From Mytilus trossulus (lineage: Eukaryota): a DNA stretch of 64,000 nucleotides. Position 1 is the stretch's first letter; each line of letters opens with the position of its first letter. The notes beneath the pieces are model-generated. The model saw only the letters and a list, made by a program, of their open reading frames with translations. It had not been told where the DNA came from and did not search any database. A program made the position numbers and the translations under genes. The DNA lies in the NCBI RefSeq assembly GCF_036588685.1, contig NC_086377.1:5394001-5458000 (forward strand), read 5' to 3'. Of the stretch, positions 1 to 12,946 are shown one piece after another.

Positions 1-375
1 TGAAACAAAAAATGACTTGTTAGTTTTTGCTCTTTGCTTGTCCCTGACTTTTGATCCCTCGAACTTTCTTTGTTTCTTTGATGATGTACAAATTGTTCTT
101 TGTCATCGTTATTTAGTTCTCCTCGCTGTTTGTTTCTCATAATAAACAATACATACAGAACATTGATCTTTCTTTGGTCTATGGAAGGCTAAGTTGTAAT
201 CTCTACAAAAGATATCCCTGTAGATATTTATCTTACATGGTTTCTTTCCTTTTTTCTTACACAGCTCTTCATACAAGTAGAACATCTTTCTCAGAGATAA
301 ATTTGCACTGAGATACTGCCTGTTAGAATCTTTTCTGGTGTAATGTGATGGAACTGTTGGGAAGGACTTTATATA

Positions 376-1678
376 CAGTCCGCTAAAAGTTAAGCACCAC
401 CTACTTTTATTGCATCGATTTTTTTTCAAATTTAAAAAATCAATTATTCCTCGAAAAATAGAAAACAATCATATAGCAATTGTGCTAATGTATACCATAA
501 ACAAACCACAAATATAATTTTGGTCACTTATGGAGGTTCTATGCATGTAGGTTTTTCGTTCATAGAAATAGTGTAAATTACACAATTTAGAAATGGAATT
601 TAAGTTCCACTGTGATCTTATTTTTTTACAACAATTAATTACCCAATATCATTAAAAATTTCTACACGTAATCTTTGGTATGGTCGACAAATTGATTGTC
701 AACATTTGAGTCAATAGCATGTGTAGCAACCTCATTTCCGGTACAGTTTCATAACACGACGTATCTTTCTCGGTACAAGCCTTCAAAACTTTAGTTGGGG
801 AAATCTGGTGCATTAAACAACAAATGCCACTTTTAAATCGACAAACTTTTGTAAAGGTGAATATCTGCGATTGAGATTTCCGACAATGGCATCTCAGACA
901 TGTTTTATAGGGTTTATGTATGGAGTCAAGGAAGGCCAAAAATTAGTGTAAATGGCTAGTTGCTCTTTGGACTCGGTTAAAATTTCTGCTCTGTGTGGTA
1001 TAGCGTTGTTATTCAGGTACAAGGGTCTTGACAATGTTGACGCAAGTGGGGGATTATTAAAATGACGGACTACAACGTGTTAAGGCACCAAATCTCTGTA
1101 TGTCTCTCCGTTTATAATACCCTGCAGAATCTGCATACCCACCTTATAACGGTATACGAAGCAACCCCGTACTTGAACACAACCAGCATTGAATGCAGTC
1201 CTTGTGCACACATTGTTTTTGGTCATAGGCCGTTTTTTCCTTTGCGAAATTCGTATTATGGCGTCTACTGGCAGTAAAGGAAACTGACTCCCATCTGACC
1301 AATGAGTGTTTTGTCAGGTTCTTATGTTCAAGCATTGATGGTCATTATCCCATTTAAACCTTACGGTAGAGTACCTGCTTGAAGGTACAGGTCTCTGTAC
1401 ACCACGACTTGCTCTTCGTTTGCCTCTATGAAGTCGACCGACCAATGTACGAACACTTACACGACCACCTGGCGAAACAGTGTACTTGTAAACGCACAGA
1501 TGATCTTTGGTAAAAGGTTGCTTGGCTGGTTTATTGGAGTTCAATCTTTTTGGTCGTAATGAATTCAATTAGTGTATGTTAAAGGTAATTTATAACACTA
1601 AACATTAATATTTTTTTTGCAATAGTTAAAAAAGTATTGCCAGTTATATTTCGGTGGTGCTTAACTTTTGGCGGACTG
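376..1678 (+). mobile_element. Tc1/mariner element, internally degenerate, nested in the Sola-like transposase
   Basis: 26-bp TIRs CAGTCCGCTAAAAGTTAAGCACCACC / GGTGGTGCTTAACTTTTGGCGGACTG flanked by TA (374-375 and 1679-1680). Removing it restores the host frame REHIKSFPTVPSHY. Weak Tc1-like N-terminal remnant (MPLLNRQ...) at ~824. Confidence 0.85.
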
Positions 1679-2324
1679 TATATGTTCCCTTATATAATTT
1701 ATGTCAATCTCTGGAGTTTTGTTTACAGATGGACTTTTTCCACGATTATCTATACCGACAAAGACTCCATGTTGTTTCTTTTTCAATGCATACTGTACAT
1801 TTTTTTGGCTGATGTCTAAAGCTCCAAGAAAGAATGTTTTACAGATTCTTTCCCTTTTTTCATTAACTGTAAGGTGATAGGAATTTGAGTTCTCTTTCCT
1901 ATTTGTTGTAGTTTTTGGGCCTTCTCTTGGTCTACATGTTGACAAAGAAAAGCCCGTTGTTTTTCATAGGAACCCATTGGGTAGTAAGTAGAAATATTTT
2001 ATACGCATCGTCTTTTGAAATTTTATTAGAGTAACGAAATTTGCATCTAGAACAATCACGATACTTTACGGTCTTTTGAGCTTGCTGTTTTCCTGTTCTA
2101 CCAATGTACGGTAAACCATGTACTCTGTTATGCTTTCTCTTATTTTTTATCCAGGCTTGTGGATTGCATTTCATCTTTCGGGAAAGTTGCTTCTTTACCG
2201 GACTTTTATAGTTCGCTCTTTTTCTAGGAGTGAAAATACTTCTTCTCTTGGAAACTTATGTTTTTCTTGATGGTGTTTTATTTAAGTTTTCATTTGTTGT
2301 TGAATTTTGTGTTTCCATCATTTT

Positions 2325-2771
2325 AACTGCATCATAATGTTCCTGACCAGTTATTCAGAAAAGTGCTACTTTTAGGAAATCTGTTCATGTACTATACTCG
2401 CCAAGATCTGGTAAAATGTCATACACAGAATTTGAAACTTTACTTGAATTGACACGTATTGGGTGTTTGTAGATGTTTGATAATGCTAAAGGCGTCATAT
2501 CTGCTAAATCAGAATTTCAGTGGCCATTATAACTGAGATCATGCAGATTGTCATCATAACGTTTTGTCTTCTCTTCTTCTGATAATTGTTCATCAAAACT
2601 TAAAACAAATGCTGTAATGTACTCTCTCATGTTGAAGGTGTTCAACTGAATCTGTCCGTATCTTTCAACATTTAATTCAGAATTTCCTTCTTGTAATCCA
2701 TGTAAAACTGCTTTTAAGAAGCAATTTCCATCAGCTGATATTGGTACTCTCTTCAAGTTGTTACTTAACAA
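2325..2771 (-). pseudogene. OTU-like cysteine protease (deubiquitinase) domain within the transposon ORF, disrupted
   Basis: LKRVPISADGNCFLKAV (DGNC codons 2732-2721), a W-x-S-D-L-A-D-like segment near 2520, and GQEHYDAV (HY at 2339-2334) match the OTU Cys and His loops. Confidence 0.7.
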
Positions 2772-4494
2772 AGGATTGTTCAGTCGGAAAGTATGATCAG
2801 TTTTATCTGTATATTCAAGACATCGTTTTGTCTTTTTTCTCTCTAAACGAGTAATTAATCTTACTATGATAATTGATATGGCTGTTTTTGGTGGACAAAC
2901 AACCCTTTCTCTTTACCTGGCTTGATCTCAATGAATTTGAACCTGTTGACAATCGTAAAGCTGCATTATTTTTCAACTTCTTGGAAATGGTTTTTAGAGG
3001 CTGTTTCTGCAATATTTTCTTGTTTTTTGTAACATTAATCAATGGAATATTATCATCTGGGTCGTCTTTTGTTCTCTGTTTCTTATTCTTTAAATTTGAA
3101 CCAGTAGACAAACTTTGTTAACGTTTTTTTCAGAATGGCGTTATAAGCTTGTAATCGCTCCTTATTTTTTGTTACATTAATCTAAGGTATACTGTCGTCT
3201 GGATCCGACTCCTCGGATGATTTATCACAGACTGTTGATGGTTTCTTCTTGTTACAGACTGCAGTATCAGCTGTTGATGTAGTGAATATCGATATAACAA
3301 TCGTGTCATGTGTGTCAGTGCTGTTTTCAGTTGTTGGTGAAGTTTCTGTTTCTTCTGTGTCTTGATCAATGGTCTCTGAAATTGCTTTAAGATCTATATC
3401 TGACCAGTCTGACCAATCTATGTCAGAATCCATCTGAAATAATTTTAAAATTTCAAATCAATATTAATCTTATACATATTATGCAACTTAATAGAAGTTA
3501 TATCCATGCTTAATTGTATTTATTTGTAAATATAAAAGTAATGATTTAGATGAAAATATCTGTATGCTTTGTTTTCAAATGCTTAATAGCAATCTTGTAA
3601 GTCTGGGATAATAATAAATAAACAAATAGGATGCTGACAGCAAGCATCTACTTCTTCAATATATTCATCATAAAAGCTTTTTAGATATCATTGCCTTTCC
3701 AATTTATGATCAATGTTATTATAAATATATACCCAATTTTTTCTAAAGACCCTCTTAATAAAATATATATTTTAGATACCTGTAAGCTTTTAGTCTGTTT
3801 ATTTTATAATACTGAAATCTTCAATGTGTAATCTTCACAGTAACATAAATGAATTTAGGTTATTAAAAATAGACTACCCAATGAAGACCCTCATTACCTA
3901 TTACAATATTATTCCAGTTAATTATTATTATATTAATCAATGAAATATCATATGCATATTATATTTTACATATATATTAATAAATTGAAAATGTATACAT
4001 ATTTATACATATTCATATAACTTTGATATAAATCTGTGAAACAAACTTACTTGTAAATTATATTTATTATTTTGTCTTCTAACATGTGTTTACTGGCGTA
4101 ATTATGTGTGTTAATACTGAAACTGGTTCACATTCTACAGATAAGATTATCAAAATAAAAAAACTAGAAGTGGAATGAAATATAATCTCATATCCAAAAA
4201 TATCACAGTATGTTTATCTTAATTATCTGTCTAATCTGTAGAGCAAAATGGTACTATCTGGCAGATAGAACCTTTTTGCACTTATGTCAATATAGATAAA
4301 ACCTTTTTGCACAAATCAAACTTGACATTTGTAGATAAAACCTTTGAACATATTACTTTTTTCAATCTTATTATTTACTATATGACTTCAATATTTTTAC
4401 AGATGATAAAAATTATAATTTCACTTATTTCTGCATATAAAACTGAAAAATTATGAGAAATACAGATAGAACCTTTTTGCTCTGAACCCTCGAT

Positions 4495-5250
4495 GCGGTA
4501 CCCATCGTGTTGCGTATGTCATTACACATTGGGAAATAGTCTAATTGGGTAGGTCACATTCGTAAAAAGAGAAAGGGTATTGTAGTTACGACAAAAGGGA
4601 CATATCAGATATCAACTAATATCAGCGGTTATTCCATAACAGTCAACCAACTCGTAATGGTGTCCGTAAAATTTACGAAGGGATATTTCAAGGTCACCAT
4701 TTGGAACTCAAGCCCGAGAATATCGTATCAATTGGGAGATATATACTCCGTATGTATGCGCTGCTGCAATGTTGCTACATAGAAATGGAACATTCACAAT
4801 TGGGGAGCTGATATCATCTCTTTTGTCGTAAAGTGTTGTTTTCAACCAACCCTCATTGTCAATTGCTAGATGTAAGTCAATATACGAGACACATCTAGCT
4901 GTATCTGTAGTATCCTTTATCTTTAGTTCGATGGGATAGATTCGATTAAAACAGTCACCAAATTTTGTATTATTTAGTCAGAAAACATTATTCATATAGC
5001 AAAACGTAAAGTTAAAGGATATTGCAATCTTCTCATCTATCTTCCTCAGATGTTCCTGTATGAAGTCAGCCACATAATAATAAAGAAACAAGTCGACAAG
5101 AAGAGGAACACATTTGGTTTCAATTGGAATTCCAACAGTCTGTTGAAAAACACGTCCTCCGAACGTAACAAATATGTTGTCAATCAAGAAATCAAGCATC
5201 ATGATCATTTCAGTTTAAAAGAATTCTTGGTTGGAATCAGAGTGAAAAAT
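4495..5250 (-). mobile_element. Penelope-like (Naiad-type) retroelement, 3' RT fragment
   Basis: MLDFLIDNIFVTFGGRVFQQTVGIPIETKCVPLLVDLFLY, followed by degenerate YDKRDD and YISQLIR motifs; near-identical to the 55.5-57 kb copy. Confidence 0.8.
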
Positions 5251-5700
5251 GTCCCTCGTTGATAGTATTTCAAATAAAACTTGTTATTACGTGTTTTATG
5301 CTGTATAATACAATTCAGTTATATTCTGTAAATTTACTTCAGGTACACCGACAAATCACTTCACTTCATATAATTTTCACCTCCGCATAGATTTATTAAA
5401 TCGAAATTGAAATCAATATGTATATGTTTAAATGAATTCATTCACATCTCTTTTTTTTAAACGGAGGCAACTGGTATTGTATAACAAATTATAAACTACT
5501 CTGAATAGACAGAATAAAAGTTGAAGTTTCCAATAGGATAGTCCAATGTACAAATCATAAGTGAACGGTAAATTATATATCAGTTGATTTGACAGTCATG
5601 TTCAGTCTTCAACAGACTAAGACAGTCTTAAAACAACTGTTAATGGTATGGACAGTTGTTTTCTTAACAAGTATTAAAGGGTAATTAGTCGCATTTACAG

Positions 5701-7737
5701 TGGAGTTAAAATAAAAGGGACAAGTGAAGCTGGATGTAATGATGCAGCTTGATATGGTGAAAGAGATATATAAGAAGGTTAAGGTCAAGTTACAGTAAAT
5801 GGGCTATGTCACAGATTTCAGTAAAATTTGGCATACATCTCTGGCTCGATGAATTTCAACTGAAAATCGAAATATTAATGCATTTTTTTCAATTATCATT
5901 ATAAATATTACTGATTGAATTCTTACAAAATTGGTGAACATTTGTATAGAAAGCACATAAAATCGGCGAACCCCCTTATAAAATGTGTCTTAAAATCGCA
6001 AAATCTCTAATTATACTCCATAGATTTTTTTTTTAAAACTATATGTTGTTGATACATAAATTTCCGTTATAATGATGCAAAATAAAGATAGGGTCACCGA
6101 CTTCATTTTTACGGTATACATCATTATAAGTTGCGTTCCTTGTGGAAAAATCCATCAAAACGTCCAAATAATCGTAACGTTATCGCGTTGCAGGCCGTAA
6201 AACGTTGATTTTTGACGTTTTTCACTACCAACAAGGTAACAAATTGATAATTAGACTAAAAACGAAGTCGGTGACCCTATGAATATTTTATATCATTAAA
6301 ACAGAAATTTATGTGTCAACAATATATAGTTTTTTTTAAGAAAAGTCTATGGAGTAGAGATTTGACGATTTGAAGACAAATTTAAGAATTTTTTTGCCGA
6401 TTGTATGTGCTTTCTATACAAATATTCACCCATAATAACAAAAAATCAATCTGCAATTTTTCAGAAAATTAAAGAGATAAATGTATTATTTTTTCGATTT
6501 TCAGTTGTAGTTCAACGTGCCAAGGTGGTTTGCAAATGTTTAGAAAAATCTGCAACATAGCCCATTTACTGTTCCTTGACCTTAACCTGATTATGGAGTC
6601 GAATCTGGATATGGAGGTGAATGTGGATATGGAAGTGAATGTGGATATTGAGGTGAATCTTGATATGGATGTGAATCTGGATATGGAAGAGAATCTGGAT
6701 ATGGATGTGAATGTGGAGATGGAAGTAAATCTGGATATGGAGGTGAATGTGAATATGGAAGAAAATCTGGATATGGAGGTGAATGTGATATGGCAGAAAA
6801 TCTGGATATTGAGGTGAATGTGGATATGGAGGTGAATGTGGATATGGAGGTGAATCTGGATATGGAGGTGAATCTGGATATGGAAGAGAATCTGGATATG
6901 GAGGTGAATATGGTGATGGAAGTGAATCTGGATATGGAGGTGAATGTGGATATGGAATTAAATCTGGATATGGAGGTGAATGTGATACAGCAGAAAATAT
7001 GGATATGGAGGTGAATGTGGATATGGCGGTGAATGTGGATATGGAGGTGAATGTGGATATTGAGGTGAATGTGGATATGGAAGTGAATCTGGATATGGAA
7101 GTAAATCTGAATATGAAGGTGAATGTGGATACGGAGGTGAATCTGGATATGGAGGTGAATGTGGATATGGAGGTGAATGTTGATATGTAAGTAAATGTGA
7201 TTATGGAGGTGAATGTGGATATGGAGGTGAATATGGATATGGAGGTCAATATTGATATGGAGGTGAATGTTGATATGGAGGTGAATCTGGATTTGGAGGT
7301 GAATGTGGATATGGAAGTAAATCTGGATATGGAGGTGAATGTGGATATGGAGGTGAATCTGGATATGGAGGTGAATTTGAATATGGAGGTGAATGTGGAT
7401 ATGGAGCTGAATGAGGATATGGAAGTAAATCTGGATATGGAGGCGAATGTGGATATGAAAGTGAATCTGGATATGTAGGTGAATGTGAAGTAAATCTTGA
7501 TATGGAGGTGAATGTGGATATGGAAGGAAATGTGGATATGGAGGTGAATGCGGATATGGAGGTGAATATGTATATGGAAGTAAATCTAGATATGGAGGTG
7601 AATGTGGATATGAAAGTGAATCTGGATATGAAAGTGAATCTGCATATAGAGGTGAATCTTGATATGGAAGTTAATCTGGATATGGCGAAAGAAAATTCAA
7701 AAGTCTTTTCCTTTTATCTTTAAACATTATCTTCTAG
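5701..7737 (+). pseudogene. Pseudogene exon of a Gly/Tyr-rich repeat protein, (GYGGE[S/C])n hexapeptides, interrupted by a MITE
   Basis: Acceptor tttacag|5701. After excising 5783-6585, the frame runs GVKIKGTSEAGCNDAA*YGERDI*EG*PDYGVESGYGGECGY... into an 18-bp repeat array (GGATATGGAGGTGAATGT/TCT) ending GYGERKFK.... It has many GGA>TGA stops and frameshifts. Confidence 0.7.
5783..6581. mobile_element. Non-autonomous palindromic DNA transposon (MITE) with TTAA TSD, Kolobok-like
   Basis: TTAA at 5779-5782 and 6582-6585; termini GGTCAAG...CTTGACC; imperfect inverted repeats over ~300 bp (e.g. GGGTCACCGACTTC at ~6091 vs GAAGTCGGTGACCC at ~6265). GG..CC ends with TTAA fit Kolobok rather than piggyBac (CCC..GGG). 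Confidence 0.8.
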
Positions 7738-7869
7738 ACTTGCTCTTAATTATCCTCATTTAAAGCATCTTTATACTTACATGAGGTGTGACTTACTCGT
7801 GACTTGTGATTTAAAATATAATTGTAGACTTTAAGCACTCATAAACTGCTCTGAAATACTTTTATTAAT

Positions 7870-9296
7870 ATGCATATTTTTTTCGATTTTCAGTTGTAGT
7901 TCAACGTGCCAAGGTGGTTTGCAAATTTTTTGAAAAATCTGCAACATAGCCCATTTACTGTTCCTTGACCCTAACCTGATTATGGAGTCGAATCTGGATA
8001 TGGAGGTGAATGTGGATATGGAAGTGAATGTGGATATTGAGGTGAATATTGATATGGATGTGAATCTGGATATGGAAGAGAATTTGGATATGGATGTGAA
8101 TGTGGAGATGGAAGTAAATCTGGATATGGAGGTGAATGTGAATATGGAAGTAAATCTGGATATGGAGGTGAATGTGATATGGCAGAAAATCTGGATATTG
8201 AGGTGATTGTGGATATGAAGGTGAATGTGGATATGGAGGTGAATCTGGATTTGGAGGTGAATCTGGATATGGAGGTGAATCTGGATATGGAAGAGAATCT
8301 GGATATGGAAGAGAATCTGGATATGGAGGTGAATATGGTGATGGAAGTGAATCTGGATATGGAGGTGAATGTGGATATGGAATTAAATCTGGATATGGAG
8401 GTGAATGTGATACAGCAGAAAATATGGACATGGAGTTGAATGTGGATATGGAGGTGAATGTGGATATGGAGGTGAATGTGGATATGGCAGTGAAATTGGA
8501 TATGGAAGTAAATCTGAATATGAAGGTGAATGTGGATACGGAGGTGAATCTGGATATGGAGGCGAATGTGGATATGGAGGTGAATGTTGATATGGAAGTG
8601 AATGTGGATATGGAGGTGAATGTGGATATGGAGGTGAATATGGATATGGAGGTCAATCTTGATATGGAGGTGAATGTTGATATGGAGGTGAATCTGGATA
8701 TGGAGGTGAATGTGGATATGGAGGTGAATGTGGATATGAAAGTAAATCTGGATATGGAGGTGAATGTGGATATGGAGGTGAATCTGGATATGGAGGTGAA
8801 TTTGAATATGGCGGTGAATGTGGATATGGAGCTGAATGAGGATATGGAACTAAATCTGGATATGGAGGCGAATGTGGATATGAAAGTGAATCTGGATATG
8901 TAGGTGAATGTGAAGTAAATCTTGATATGGAGGTGAATGTGGATATGGAAGGAAATGTGGATATGGAGGTGAATGCGGATATGGAGGTGAATATGTATAT
9001 GGAAGTAAATCTAGATATGGAGGTGAATGTGGATATGAAAGTGAATCTGGATATGAAAGTGAATCTGCATATAGAGGTGAATCTGGATATGGAAGTTAAT
9101 CTGGATATGGCGAAAGAAAATTAAAAAGTCTTGTCCTTTTATCTTTAAACATTATCTTCTAGACTTGCTCTTAATTATCCTCATTTAAAGCATTTTTATA
9201 CTTACATGAGGTGTGACTTACTCGTGACTTGTGATTTAAAATATAATTGTAGACTTTAAGCACTCATAAACTGCTCTGAAATACTTTTATTAAAAT
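7870..9296 (+). repeat. ~1.4-kb tandem duplicate of ~6481-7869 (MITE right end + GYGGE[S/C] array + 3' flank)
   Basis: Near-identical sequence with the same frameshifts. Junction microhomology ATG(C/T)AT(T)ATTTTTT at ~6481, ~7870 and ~9296. Confidence 0.9.
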
Positions 9297-10139
9297 GCAT
9301 ATTTTTTTCCTTTTAAAAAAATGAAGACCAATAAGAGATTATTCGCAACTTCAAGATTATAAACCATTTCAATAATGTTCCATTGTTTTAGGCTTTTATA
9401 ATAACCGTAGAACTTGCATGAACTCAATGAGACAATATGTATTCTTTTAAAGTTTTATCATGCAATGATTGCAACACATTTCCTTTTATTTCAAATTATG
9501 ATGACTTTACATTCAGAGTTTCTCGCTGCATTGAAGACCTATTGGTGACTTTCTGCTGTTGTATGTTGTGTATGGTCGGGTTGTTGTATCTTTGACACAT
9601 TCCCTATTTCAATTCTCAATTTTATAGTAAAAATAATACACAGTCTATTAGCTTTAGTATCAAAATATAGTCAGTAAAAGTATGAGGAATTATTTTGATA
9701 ATTTTCACTTGTAAATATTATAATGTAGTGCTTAAAGTAATAATAAGATATAGGATAGTTTGTACATGTAAAGTGTCAACAAAGGGAGTTAACTCGTAGA
9801 TAATTATCGGCAACGCTTCGTCAGAAATATCTACATATGGAAGTATTACATTTGCGTATTACTCATCAAATATTTTAACTTTCTACTAGAGAACAAATGA
9901 TATGTTACATTCAAGGATATGATTTTCGTTCAATACTTCATAGTAAAAATGGTACAGTTTTAGCTCTTAAACAAGTTCTTTTGGAAAATTGCATCGTTAA
10001 TATTAACAGAAATGCAACCTATAAATAAGCTGTCTGACGGCAATTTGATTATTATATTCATGTGTACATATCTATCAGCTGTCTCACAGAAGTTTATCTT
10101 ATATCGTTATGTTTACATATAGTATTAGAATGCCGACAG

Positions 10140-11335
10140 TTTGATGAAAACCCCGTTCTCCGAAGGTAACACATATGTTGTCAATCAAGAAATCAAGCAT
10201 CTGGATAAGTTTTAATCAAATAGTTTTTTTGTTTGAATCAGAGAGATACTTTACAAAAAAGATCTATCCATCCATATGACAAGATACTTGTATCTACATT
10301 GGCTATTTATACATGAAACAAAGCAATACCGACTCTTTCAATTTTTTAGTATCCACATCTGATTCATTCAACCTCTATAATAGTCAGCTTCCCAATAACT
10401 TTGAAGCCCGGCTCAATGGTTGCTGATAAAATAGATATTTGTACTGTATAAAGAGATTTCATGGAGCACTTAGAAGACCCAGCAATATGTTGTTGTTTGT
10501 AAGGACACTTACGTAGTTTAGGAATCCAATACAGCGCAGAAAGATCCAGTTCTTCATATGTGGCTGAAATTCCAAAGGAACATAGAAAAGATCTATGATT
10601 TTCATGTTTATTTCTTTGGTAAGTGTCGTGATGGTATATGTTGAGTTTCCAAGTGAATTGTCAATAACTCATTTGTTTATCAAGCAGTCAATATAATGAG
10701 TTTTACTCACAAAAACGATATTGTTTTGTGTGTTATCTGCGGGTATAACAACATACTTTTCACTTTCTTTTAAGATTGACGTAGCATAGGCATTGATAGA
10801 CCCATTCAGTTTATCAATTCTAATTTGTATCAATGACCTAACAGACTTGATACATTTTGAAAGAGTGTCTACGTCTTCCCTCTAACGCTAAGCCCATTGT
10901 CTGGTATAATTCTCGACTGAATCCATCAAAATTGTGAAGTTGTATTTCCAAATGATAGATTTAGGCCCACGATATGTCGGACCTTTCCAGAAAAAAATAC
11001 TCAGAGAAGTGTTATTGACAATGTTAAGGCCACCGGTAATAACGTGACCAGCCGGATTATATGTGAATTACGAACTAGCACAGGTGCATTAAGGAGATTT
11101 ATACTTGAAGTTATTCATTTTAAATTTTAGTTGCAATATGTTTTATATAGGGAAACAGAATGGTTTGTACAGACTGATCTTTGAAATAAATGCGGTTGAA
11201 CTAATTTAAGATGAGGGATATTGCCTAAATTGACGCCCTCGATACCTTTGTTGGCAAAGGAAAGATTTAGAAAAGATCTTTTCTCTTTTTCATCTTTTCC
11301 AAACTGGTTTGAAAAGTCAGTGACTTGCAATATTT
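10140..11335 (-). mobile_element. Penelope-like (Naiad-type) fragments, deleted and degenerate
   Basis: SFLNLSFANKGIEGVNLGN, a CTC (CxC) motif then NPAGHVITG at ~11085-11035, and LYWIPKL / MLDFLIDNI segments homologous to 55.5-57 kb. Confidence 0.75.
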
Positions 11336-12876
11336 GAAATTATAGCTGTAAGTTTGTATTGGTTTGAATAAGGGTCTTTTAAAGTGGTTTACAAACATAA
11401 ATTAAACAGATAATGAAGTGTAAAGGGGCAATGTTTAAGTTGTATGTGAATATGATGAATACCTAACGGCTTTTGTATAAAGGGCAACACGTCAATAATA
11501 GAGACACCATGCATTCTACGCCAAGGAGTAGAGTAACAACATGTTCACCACATTTACCGAGCTACACGAAGGAGTACAAAGAATACATATACCATCATTT
11601 ATTTCACTGTGATCATATGGTCTCACAGTGCCCAGTCCTTTTTCTCTCCGGAGAGGAATTGCAAGATCAGGTTGAATGGAATTCTAGGAAATAATTTCGT
11701 TTGCATTCAGGTTAAATCTGATATATGACCGCAATAACGTTTGTTTAGCCTTCCTTTCGTTTCACCGAAGTACAACAATCCGCAAAGGTTACTCTCTAAT
11801 TAATGTTAACATTTACATATATTTGTATTTTACAGTGGAAACAGCTGTCCACACTATCAAATCTTGTGCCATTGATACATTTTCCTGTCCTGATAATGCT
11901 TATGTTGCGTTTTAAGAATCCATTTAAAACCTTTACATTTAAATATGATAATATAATGTGTATGTAAGCACTTCTGTAAACTTATTACAGTACTGGTTCG
12001 AAGTTAACTTATATCAATAGCGGAAATGTTTCCAAGTTATTTTTTTGGCAGACATAAAAAAAACAATCCTAGGACCAAGATAACTAGATTTTGGTCCTAG
12101 GACTGGTCAGAACAGTCCTAAATCCGGTCACAGGTTACCTTTGACCATTCCAAATATCAAGTTAACTTACTGTGCATATTAGGACTGCACCTATCTGTAG
12201 TGATACACTGGATGACTCGTCAATCTTCGTATCATTCAATTAGGGTCATTATCATTCTTCTTTAAAAGGACACGCTGGTGGTTATGTTACACACCGTTTT
12301 CTTTTAATATCAGAACATTAAATGGCAATCTGTCACATTGTGATTGTCAAAAGTGACAAATGCATTATTTTTTTATTTGATTAAGGAAATGCAATTGGTT
12401 TTGAAAGGTATGAGATATACTGGTATGTAGATATATATATTCTGGGGGAAAATATTGAACGGGGAATGTCAAGGAAACCTTACTTCACTATGCTGTGACA
12501 AATATGCAACTGATCATTAAAACGTTCAATTCCGCTGCAAATGTTTGCACCTGTCATAAGTCAGTAATATAGTGTACATCAGCTGTCGTCCTCTCATGTA
12601 CTTGTTTAAGGCCGTACCTTGACCTTTAAAGGTTTACTTTTATAAATTGTTACTTGGATGGAGAGTTGTCGCATTAGCACTCATATCACATCTTCCTATA
12701 TATATGACAGTTGCATCAACTTCCATCATATTGCCAAACAATAATTAAAATACAAAATAAAGATTTAAATAGAAAAAAATTGAAAATAGTTGTATGACAG
12801 TCAACATATTTTAAGGAGTCTCAGAGTTACTCATTTATTCGGAGTTGTTTGTGTAGAAAATTGATTGCATTGGTAT

Positions 12877-12946
12877 TGATTGTCACGGTTTGATGATTGT
12901 CACGGTTTGATGATTGTCACGGTTTGATGATTGTCAGGGTTTGATA
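12877..12946. repeat. 17-bp minisatellite, 4 copies
   Basis: TGATTGTCACGGTTTGA repeated in tandem. Confidence 0.85.

Larger units (their letters stand above)
1..4491 (-). mobile_element. Degenerate Sola-like DDE DNA transposon (5' end and N-terminal part of the ORF; continues off the left edge), with an OTU-like domain
   Basis: Minus-strand terminus 5'-GAGGGTTCAGAGCAAAAAGG at 4491, with subterminal repeats AGATAGAACCTTTTTGC at ~4263, 4293, 4333 and 4464. ORF pieces carry ICKTFFLGALDIS, SFPTVPSHYTRKDSNRQYLSANLS and YNLAFHRPKKDQCSVC, which I recognise as Sola-type transposase signatures. ATG at 3433 follows a tttcag acceptor; candidate donor GTAAGT at 4050. Frameshifts and stops are present. 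Confidence 0.7.

Noticed and set aside
6498-6560. Apparent acceptor plus TSP1-like peptide CSSTCQGGLQMFRKICN
   Set aside because: It lies within the MITE's right inverted repeat (mirrors ~5805-5870), so the resemblance is coincidental.
6600-9110. In-frame TGA codons as selenocysteine
   Set aside because: They replace Gly (GGA) rather than Cys positions, and TAA stops and frameshifts also occur.
6530-9124. (DMEVNV/L)n ORFs and the antisense (TSISTF)n ORFs as real proteins
   Set aside because: Alternative frames of the 18-bp repeat; only the Gly-Tyr frame joins the upstream exon after MITE removal.
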